From a virus (lineage: Duplodnaviria; Heunggongvirae; Uroviricota; Caudoviricetes): DNA of 64,000 bases. Below, in pieces: positions 56,434-64,000 of this stretch; the stretch's first letter is position 1, and every line of letters starts with the position of its first letter. The stretch is taken from positions 32,001 through 96,000 of IMG/VR virus record IMGVR_UViG_2799112330_000002. The stretch is one strand, 5' to 3'. A program made the position numbers and the translations under genes. The notes beneath the pieces are model-generated. The model was given only the letters and a program-made list of their open reading frames with translations. It ran no database searches and was not told where the DNA came from.

Positions 56434-59400
56434 ATGATTCCTGTATATTTACAACAATTCAAAGCTGCAGGTATTTATCGTGTAGTTTTTGATAAATCAA
56501 CAATTTTAAATGTCGATAGCGAAATTTTAAGATTAGTTGTAGGATATTCTGAAAAGGGACCTTTTAATATTCCAGTATATATTACAAATGTTACAGAATT
56601 CAAGATGTATTTCGGTGACATTTCTAAGAAATTGGAAAAGAGAGGTATCTATTTTCATCGTTTAGCTTTACAAGCTTTACAGGCAGGACCTATTCTTTGT
56701 CTTAACTTGAAGAAATTCAAGAATGAGGCTGTAGGCGGTTCCACAATTAGTACTACATTTAATTCTAAGTACGAGATCATTGAAAATGTCAAACTAAAGG
56801 TTGAAGACATTTACAATACTTCTAGATTCTGGGAACTTGATGCAGACAAATTGAATAACCTTAAGTCAATAGATGGACAAGTAATGGATCAATATATCAA
56901 TATTGCTACTACTAATACTAAAGAGTCATCTGCTTCATATTTTATTCGTAAAGCATCAGGAAATAAGGTATCACAGTTCAATATCACAGTATCTGATTGG
57001 TATAGTGATAGACAAGATGAAATGCCTGATTTCTTAGAGCCTTATAAGAATAGTCTTGTTAGTGACTTCTTTGCTGAAATCTATGTATTCGGCACAAAAT
57101 TTACTGCTGCACAAGTATTGTCTTCTAGTACATTGAAGAAATATTTTGAAGTAATCATCAATGAAGATGGTGCAATTGTAACAGATGATAACAATGAACC
57201 AGTATTGAGATTAGTAAATCATGTTACAGATGCTTATGGAGATTGGGTTGATACCCTTGATGAACTTTATAAGGATCCAACTTCTCATGCAATTGGTCAT
57301 TATGTAGGATGTCTTATTCCTGAATTTAGAGACAAGCAAGGTAACTATGCATCATTAGACACTGTATTCAATCAAGAACAAAGTGAGCATAACATGATGA
57401 TGGCATTCAATGTTGATATGCTTTATGAAGATGAGACTGCTGAAATTGATCTTTCAGGTCGTCTTGCTATTATCAATGAAAACAATACTACAGAAACAGC
57501 TCAAACCAATAAGTTGACATTGAAGAATATATTCAATGGAACAGCAACTACAAACTTACTTGGTAACTCTACTTCTAAAGTCATTGCAAACAAGATAACA
57601 TTCTATAACAATGCTGTTAAGTTTGATGAAAACGGTGAATTAGAACCAATTATTCCATTCAATAATACTCAAAAGAAGATCACTGGTACATTATTTGTAA
57701 GCGGTTATTCTTTAGGTACAAATGAAGGTGAATATTCTATTACATTACAACAGATTGGCCCTGGTAAAAATGGAGAAAATCCTGATTCAGTAACAATCAA
57801 GATTGGTAGTGATGAATATGCTAAGGCTGAGTTCTATAAATTAGCTGTAAGACTTGGATTTGGTTATGAAGTATTAGCAACATCTGAAGGTGCTGAAAAA
57901 ATCATTCAAAGAGATGGTATTACAAGATACTATAAGTTATATAAGAGTGGTTATGGTACATATTATAATCCAATGGAAGATGCTAATGTTTCTGCTGATC
58001 AAGCTGCAACATCTACTCCTTTCATTGAACAAGATGGTAATGTTAAATCATTTGTATTTGACGGACCACAAAAGGTAATTACTGCTATTACAAGAATTGA
58101 CAGAACAAATGAATCTTCAATTTATGATGATAGTGATAGAAACTTGAAGGCATCTATTATGGATGTAACTATTTCTATGGTAAATGATGAAGAAGATTCA
58201 GTATATGGAAATTCTATATCATTCATTCCTATTATTGATAATAACTGGGAAAATGGAAGTATCAATGGATCATTTGCATTAGTAACAGAAGAGATTTCCG
58301 ATATCTCTCTATATTCTATTGTAAAAGTTGGTGATTGCTTCCTTGCTGCTCATGAAGAAACAGATATAAATAATACAGATGTTAAAGTCAAGTATTATGA
58401 TAATGTATTTGTTCAAGAAGTAGGAGAAGAAAGAGATGCAGATGGTATAATCACAAAGTATTACATTAAGTTTGCTGGTGTTGGTAGAGATAGTAATAAT
58501 CCTTATACTGGAGAACCAGAATTCTATTCTAATGGAGATACAACTTATCTTGTAAGAATTGATCAGGCTCTTAACCAAGAAATTGGTACATTAAGCCCAC
58601 AATATCTTGAAGGTTATACATATGAATCTGCTAAACCCGCATCACCTACAATGTATGACAAGTTACAATGGCAGAAGTTTATTCTTTCAGCATTAACTGA
58701 GTATAAGGGTCTTAGAACTGGTCTTCTTAACAAGTCTGATATTGATTATCGTTACATTGTTGATACATTTGATTCTTATGTTGATAGTTCATTGAAGTCA
58801 ACATTAAGTTATCTTGCTAAGCAGAAAGAATCAGCATTTGCTATTCTTAACTTCCCAGCAGTAAAGACATTCATCAAGTGCCCATATACTTCATTCACAA
58901 ATTCTGAGGGTGTATTTGATGTCAACTATATTGCTAAGGGATACAACAAGAAGAAAGCTACATACATTAAGTTCAGCTTACCAGAAGATATTGAAGGTGC
59001 TTCATTCTGCGCATTCTATACTCCTCTTAAGTTCTCTGATGGTTATGTAGATTCAATTATTCCAGCAGCTGGTCTTGTATCTAACTTATTCATTGATAAG
59101 TATACATCACGTCAACCATATTACATTATTGCTGGTCCTACTTATGGTAAGATTACTGCATCTAACTTGATTGGTCCTGACTATAACTACTGTAAGGAAG
59201 AACTTTATGTAATGGAACCATTTGGAGTTAACTGTATGGTTTATCGTCCAAACTTTGGTACATTCATCAATTCTAACCAGACAGCTAAACAGACTCCTGT
59301 ATCAGCACTTTCTAAAGTCAATATTCGTGAGTTGGTTATCTACTTACAAGATGAGATTGAGAAAGTATTACAGCAATATCAATGGGATTTCAACAACCAA

Positions 59401-59637
59401 GTTACACGTAATGCAATCCTTGAAAGAGCTAATGCTATTTGTTCAAGAGTTCAAGCTAATGGTGGTATTGAAGTATTCCGTAACGTTATGGATGAATCTA
59501 ACAATACTCCTGAAATCATTGAAAATGAAATGGCAATCTTGTCTACATCAATTGAACCAGGATTTGGTTGTGGTAAGATGGTACAAGAACTTACTCTTTA
59601 TAGAAGAGGCATGCTTAAAGCATCTATTCAAGATTAA
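56434..59637 (+). CDS. gp18: tail sheath protein (gp18-like) with large central insertion
   Basis: AAGIYRV, VVGYSEKGPFNIPV, AGPTYG, SALSKVNIREL, QWDFN, MDESNNTPEIIEN; start refined to ATG 56434. Confidence 0.9.
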   Translation: MIPVYLQQFKAAGIYRVVFDKSTILNVDSEILRLVVGYSEKGPFNIPVYITNVTEFKMYFGDISKKLEKRGIYFHRLALQALQAGPILCLNLKKFKNEAVGGSTISTTFNSKYEIIENVKLKVEDIYNTSRFWELDADKLNNLKSIDGQVMDQYINIATTNTKESSASYFIRKASGNKVSQFNITVSDWYSDRQDEMPDFLEPYKNSLVSDFFAEIYVFGTKFTAAQVLSSSTLKKYFEVIINEDGAIVTDDNNEPVLRLVNHVTDAYGDWVDTLDELYKDPTSHAIGHYVGCLIPEFRDKQGNYASLDTVFNQEQSEHNMMMAFNVDMLYEDETAEIDLSGRLAIINENNTTETAQTNKLTLKNIFNGTATTNLLGNSTSKVIANKITFYNNAVKFDENGELEPIIPFNNTQKKITGTLFVSGYSLGTNEGEYSITLQQIGPGKNGENPDSVTIKIGSDEYAKAEFYKLAVRLGFGYEVLATSEGAEKIIQRDGITRYYKLYKSGYGTYYNPMEDANVSADQAATSTPFIEQDGNVKSFVFDGPQKVITAITRIDRTNESSIYDDSDRNLKASIMDVTISMVNDEEDSVYGNSISFIPIIDNNWENGSINGSFALVTEEISDISLYSIVKVGDCFLAAHEETDINNTDVKVKYYDNVFVQEVGEERDADGIITKYYIKFAGVGRDSNNPYTGEPEFYSNGDTTYLVRIDQALNQEIGTLSPQYLEGYTYESAKPASPTMYDKLQWQKFILSALTEYKGLRTGLLNKSDIDYRYIVDTFDSYVDSSLKSTLSYLAKQKESAFAILNFPAVKTFIKCPYTSFTNSEGVFDVNYIAKGYNKKKATYIKFSLPEDIEGASFCAFYTPLKFSDGYVDSIIPAAGLVSNLFIDKYTSRQPYYIIAGPTYGKITASNLIGPDYNYCKEELYVMEPFGVNCMVYRPNFGTFINSNQTAKQTPVSALSKVNIRELVIYLQDEIEKVLQQYQWDFNNQVTRNAILERANAICSRVQANGGIEVFRNVMDESNNTPEIIENEMAILSTSIEPGFGCGKMVQELTLYRRGMLKASIQD

Positions 59638-59673
59638 TTCTAATTAAAAAATATATTTTATAAAAATTATAAA

Positions 59674-60306
59674 ATGTCACAACAAATTTCACATTTACCA
59701 CATATAAAAACAGTTGAAGCCGGTATCAATAGATGGGATCCGATGCATCAATCAATCTATGAGGTAATGTTTACTACTCCAGTAGGACTTGAAGGTGTTG
59801 TAAGTGGTGAAGATTTCAATATTCTTAGCCAGCAAGTAATTTCAGTTTCTGGTTTGGATGCATTACAGAAGATTGCAGCAGCAGGTTCTCAAAAGTTCTT
59901 AGGAGTTGATGTATCATTCCTAAATCCTGTTCTTGATACAACATATGTAGAATTTACAATTAATTTCAACTTGAACATTAGAGACAATAATGATGCTTAT
60001 GTATTAAGACTATTCAAGGAATGGGGTAAACTATCATATGATATTGGTAAGGGACTTAGACGTCTTAAGAAAGACTATATGTGCGAAGCTATGACAATCA
60101 ATGAAGCTAACCGTGATGGTAGAGTTTGGAGACATGTTGTATTCCATGATGTATTCATTACAGGTATGACTGGTCTTGAAACATTAGACTACCAATCATC
60201 TGAAGCTCGTCAATTGTCTGTAACTTTCCGTTCTGACTACTGGGATGAATCTACAACAACTTATACAGTTGGTTGGGATGCTGAATTATTGGAAGGTGGA
60301 GAGTAA
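59674..60306 (+). CDS. gp19: tail tube protein (gp19-like) 1
   Basis: follows sheath; YEV.F, LF.EW, KKDY, NRDG, LDY, VTFRSDYW. Confidence 0.85.
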   Translation: MSQQISHLPHIKTVEAGINRWDPMHQSIYEVMFTTPVGLEGVVSGEDFNILSQQVISVSGLDALQKIAAAGSQKFLGVDVSFLNPVLDTTYVEFTINFNLNIRDNNDAYVLRLFKEWGKLSYDIGKGLRRLKKDYMCEAMTINEANRDGRVWRHVVFHDVFITGMTGLETLDYQSSEARQLSVTFRSDYWDESTTTYTVGWDAELLEGGE

Positions 60307-60340
60307 TACATATATGAAAATATAATCAAAATTAATAATC

Positions 60341-60370
60341 AAATGGGTGGACTTAAGTCCACCCATTTTT
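60341..60370 (+). terminator. terminator, perfect 28-bp palindrome centred on CTTAAG
   Basis: AAATGGGTGGACTTAAGTCCACCCATTT(TT). Confidence 0.8.
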
Positions 60371-60407
60371 ATTTTTAATTATATAGAAATAAATACTTTT
60401 ATAATAA

Positions 60408-60995
60408 ATGCCATATCAAATAGCACATTTACCTCATTTGAAGAATGCTCCAGCAGCAATTGAAAGATGGGATCCTGTACACAATTCATTATTCAAAGTC
60501 ATTTTTAGTGTACCGGCTTCTATGAAAGGTGAATATAATTTGGAAGAATTAGACATTTTGAGTTCACAAATTATATCTATAGATGGTTTGGACAATCTAC
60601 AAAAACAAATACAAACTTATAAGAAAAAGCATTTGGGAATTGAGGTGACCTTTGTGAAGCCATTTGTCGAATCTACCGGAATTGAATTCACAATATCTTT
60701 TAATCTTAATCTTAGAAAGATATCTGATAACTATGTGTTTAAACTGTTCAAGGAATGGTTAGACACTATCTACAATCTTGCAACAGGTATGCAGACATTA
60801 AAATTCCAATATATGGCGGAAAACATGACTATCTTTCAGGCAAATAGAGATGGTACAATATGGCGTCAAATTGATCTTAAGAATGTATTTATTACTAATA
60901 TAGGTGGTCTTAACAATTTAGACTATTCAAGTTCTGATGCTCAAAATCTTAATGTTACATTTTTTGCTGAATATTGGGATGAGCATATAGCATAA
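60408..60995 (+). CDS. tail tube paralog 2
   Basis: colinear with 59674 (HLPH, RWDP.H, FNLN.R, LFKEW, ANRDG, LDY, YWDE). Confidence 0.82.
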   Translation: MPYQIAHLPHLKNAPAAIERWDPVHNSLFKVIFSVPASMKGEYNLEELDILSSQIISIDGLDNLQKQIQTYKKKHLGIEVTFVKPFVESTGIEFTISFNLNLRKISDNYVFKLFKEWLDTIYNLATGMQTLKFQYMAENMTIFQANRDGTIWRQIDLKNVFITNIGGLNNLDYSSSDAQNLNVTFFAEYWDEHIA

Positions 60996-61076
60996 TTTTA
61001 TAATCCTCCTTTATAAAATTTTATTTTTAATAAAGCATTTAATTAAAAAATATATAATATATTATAGATAATATTT

Positions 61077-64000
61077 ATGGCCACAAAACTTTTTACTGGA
61101 GACATTGATAAGAATGTTGATTGGGGCGGTGATCAAGAACATACTCAAGGATTGCCTGTATGTGGTGAAAAGGTCCAGAAATTTATCAAAGATACATTAA
61201 ACCAGAAATTTGGTTCTTTGTATTTTGATAATGAAAAGCTTCCTGAACCATACGCACAATACACTGGAACTAACCAATATATCATATTCTCTGATGATGC
61301 CGATAAAGCTAAATGGTTAAAAGATCCTGTTACTAATGCTGGATTGGTATTAGGTAGATTTGATGCACCAGCACCAGCAAGAATTCTTATTTCTAACCAA
61401 TCACTTATTAGCAATAATATTTTGCTTAATAACATTGGTGCAAGAAATGAAGATACTGGCGTAAGCAATACAACAATCTATTTTGATTACAGCATTGTTG
61501 ATAACTCTGATCAAGTTCAACCATCTCCAATTACTGTAAACATTACTATAAGTAATGCAACTTATGGAAATGTTGTACTATCACCTCAAACTGTTCCATT
61601 TACACCAAAGAAAGATGAAAATGGTGTAGAAGTGGAAGGTGTAGCACATTATGCAAAAGAAATTGGTGAATATCTTAATGAAGGTACAAATATCATTACA
61701 GTTACTGTTCTTTCTAACTTATTCAATGTATCAACAACTTTGATGTATACATTCAATATTTTGGACTTACAGATCAGATCTACATTCAACAACGATTTAG
61801 CTGATGGAGAAGATTCAAACAATGTATATAGAGCATTCAAACCAATTTCTAATCAAAATGAATCATTTACATTTGGTGTTACTGCAATAAGTACAGGGGC
61901 AAAATACCTTAGAGTATTTATTGACGGCAAACCAGTTGATTTAAGAGCTACAGCTACTGCTCAACCTGACAAGAATCTTTATTTGGGAACTGATAGACAA
62001 GTTGATAAGAATGTTATTGTCTATTTGGCTGATCTTGATGCTGACATGAAGACAAATACAAAGCATAGCTTACAGTTCTATTTCTATGCTAATGAAGAAT
62101 CATTAAAGTCTAATACACTTTATTATGATTTTGTATTTACAAATGGAGTTGGTCAAGACTCTAAGGAATTTGTATTGTTTAATAAAGAATTGTCTGCTGG
62201 TAAGATCTTAACATCTACAGAGGAACTATTCAACTTAGATTGCTATCAATATGACAAGATTGAAATTCCTTATGCTGTAGTTAAACAAAATTCTACAAAT
62301 CCATTAACTGTAAACATTAGAGTTATTAATAATGATACAGAGTCAGAGGTATATAAAGAATCTCCAGAAATTGGTTCTGGTAAGAAAGGAGAATTCAGAT
62401 ATACATTCTTGACATCAGGTAATATGTCAGTAATATTTGATGTAAACGGTAATGATGAAACAGCTATTCCATCAAAAGTAGAACCAATGAATTTAGGATT
62501 TACTGAAGTTGTTGATGAGACATTGATGATTAAATTATCTGCAGTAAATAAGAACAATTTGACTAATGCCAATTCTTGGGAACCTGAAATAATCAGCACA
62601 TATATTGAAGAAGCATTCAATGCTGCTGGTGGTGTACAATTTAGTGATAACTTTGCTTGGACTGACAAACAAAACGGTTGGATAGACAATACATTAGTTT
62701 TGAACAATAATACAACCGTTACAATACCAATTAATATTTTTGCACAAAAATCACCTAATGGATTGACATTTGAAATTGATTTTGAAACAAGAAATGTTCA
62801 AGATGATGATGCTATCATTATGAACTATAGTGGTGATACAGAAGCTGTTATAGCTGAAAAGGATGCTTCAGGTGGTAATGCCGGAAAACTTAAGACAACT
62901 GGTATTTTGATCAAAGCATGTGAAGCACAATTTAGGGGATCAGATGTATTGACAACAAACTATAAAGAGAATTCTAGACAAAAGATGCAATTCATTATTG
63001 TTGGTAATAATGATATGAATGCTGGTCTTATGTATATTGTTGTAAATGGTATTCTTGATAGAGTCACTACATTAGATTCAAACCAATTATTCAATGGTCA
63101 ATTGAATGAGTTTGTCATTGGTAATACAAACAATATGGCAGAAACTCGTATACATGGAATTAGAATATATAGTAAAGCATTATCACTTGATCAATGTGTA
63201 AATCATTATATTCTTGACTCTGATAATGTAAAGACTAATTATGACAAAAACAATATCTATGTTGAAAATAGCACAAATATAGATATTGATAATTTATTGA
63301 ATCAGAATATTCCTGTAATGATTATTTATGGAGATATTTCTAATTCAATTGAAGCAAAATTTGATAAGAAGGCAAATGTCCCTGTAGATGTATTATATAG
63401 AGACAACCTTCATCCAGAATTCAATTTCTTTGCTCTTAATGCTTGGATGTCTAATCAAGGTACTTCTTCAATGAACTACCCAAGACGTAATCTGAGACTT
63501 TATTTGAACAAGAAGCCAGATGCAAAGTCAGTTAGAGGATTTGCTCCAGCAACCGCATATCGTTATGAAACTGTTTTCTTGCCTGGATTGAAAAATACAC
63601 AAGAGGTAGAAAATTATATAACTAGGTTACAAGAATGTGTCGTAGATAGTGAACAAATTGATATTATGCCTGATATAGATGCATTAACTACTGATATATT
63701 AAGTGCTGGAAATTGTAAAACTCCAAGATATAATAGTAAGACTCTTAAGAGTAAATATTATGTTGTAGATGCTGATTTAGCTAGAGAATATGTACATGCT
63801 GGTATTAAATTGTATACACGTACATTGGATGAAAATACTGGTAAATATATATACAATAAACTTAAGCCAGCTAATTTCTCTAAAGCCTTCAAGGACAATG
63901 GAACAGTATATGCTCTAGGTGGTTATACCAAGTTCATGACTAAATCATTATATACAGATCGTTGGACATTGAAATGTGACTATGCTGAATCTTCAATGAC
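61077..64000 (+). CDS. large tail-associated protein (partial, runs off the window), LamG-like and CotH-kinase-like regions
   Basis: absent from the ORF track; ATG 61077 MATKLFTGDIDKNVDWGGD...GLPV.G..VQKFIK; same frame gives QGTSSMNYPRRNLRLY (about 63456) and WTLKCDYAESSM at the end; late motif at 61021. Confidence 0.8.
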   Translation, partial: MATKLFTGDIDKNVDWGGDQEHTQGLPVCGEKVQKFIKDTLNQKFGSLYFDNEKLPEPYAQYTGTNQYIIFSDDADKAKWLKDPVTNAGLVLGRFDAPAPARILISNQSLISNNILLNNIGARNEDTGVSNTTIYFDYSIVDNSDQVQPSPITVNITISNATYGNVVLSPQTVPFTPKKDENGVEVEGVAHYAKEIGEYLNEGTNIITVTVLSNLFNVSTTLMYTFNILDLQIRSTFNNDLADGEDSNNVYRAFKPISNQNESFTFGVTAISTGAKYLRVFIDGKPVDLRATATAQPDKNLYLGTDRQVDKNVIVYLADLDADMKTNTKHSLQFYFYANEESLKSNTLYYDFVFTNGVGQDSKEFVLFNKELSAGKILTSTEELFNLDCYQYDKIEIPYAVVKQNSTNPLTVNIRVINNDTESEVYKESPEIGSGKKGEFRYTFLTSGNMSVIFDVNGNDETAIPSKVEPMNLGFTEVVDETLMIKLSAVNKNNLTNANSWEPEIISTYIEEAFNAAGGVQFSDNFAWTDKQNGWIDNTLVLNNNTTVTIPINIFAQKSPNGLTFEIDFETRNVQDDDAIIMNYSGDTEAVIAEKDASGGNAGKLKTTGILIKACEAQFRGSDVLTTNYKENSRQKMQFIIVGNNDMNAGLMYIVVNGILDRVTTLDSNQLFNGQLNEFVIGNTNNMAETRIHGIRIYSKALSLDQCVNHYILDSDNVKTNYDKNNIYVENSTNIDIDNLLNQNIPVMIIYGDISNSIEAKFDKKANVPVDVLYRDNLHPEFNFFALNAWMSNQGTSSMNYPRRNLRLYLNKKPDAKSVRGFAPATAYRYETVFLPGLKNTQEVENYITRLQECVVDSEQIDIMPDIDALTTDILSAGNCKTPRYNSKTLKSKYYVVDADLAREYVHAGIKLYTRTLDENTGKYIYNKLKPANFSKAFKDNGTVYALGGYTKFMTKSLYTDRWTLKCDYAESSM

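Noticed and set aside
395-62707. Many antisense or alternate-frame ORFs in the track (e.g. 395..994, 2715..3056, 51416..51664, 51827..52306, 61145..61468, 62270..62707)
   Set aside because: They are shadows of real genes on the opposite strand or frame, low-complexity, with no motifs.
1-64000. Stop-codon recoding (TAG=Gln) as in Lak megaphages
   Set aside because: All long structural and lysis genes are intact in code 11 and coding density is high. TAG appears only as plausible ends of a few small ORFs. The in-frame TAG junction at 14112 could be chance.
1-64000. tRNA or rRNA genes
   Set aside because: No GC-rich cloverleaf or T-loop context recognised in the short intergenic regions; a tRNAscan-SE run would confirm.

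Overview
Very AT-rich, densely coding 64-kb segment of a large T4-like (myovirus) jumbo-phage genome, read in the standard code. The host is probably a gut Bacteroidota/Prevotella, inferred from starts lacking Shine-Dalgarno sites and from Prevotella-style acquired genes. It encodes portal, intein-containing large terminase, a prohead protease-scaffold fusion, major capsid protein, tail sheath, two tail tubes, neck and baseplate proteins, three peptidoglycan hydrolases, ThyX, RtcB, a MoxR/VWA pair and a large tail protein that runs off the window end. The most striking feature is about 30 mostly unrelated ORFs sharing one 10-11 aa N-terminal leader (M-K-x-[LI]-x-x-[YF]-[IL]-x-E). It closely resembles the T4 internal-protein capsid-targeting sequence (MKTYQEFIAE). 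Twenty-one of these ORFs form a 14-kb array that ends under 1 kb upstream of the protease/capsid genes. Several are flanked by 30-63 bp direct repeats overlapping the leader start, suggesting a shuffled cassette library of capsid-packaged, injected effectors. Two promoter-like motifs, a family of CTTAAG-centred palindromic terminators and other intergenic repeats are also visible. No tRNA, rRNA, CRISPR array or integrase was recognised. All family assignments come from motif recognition by eye, not from database searches.
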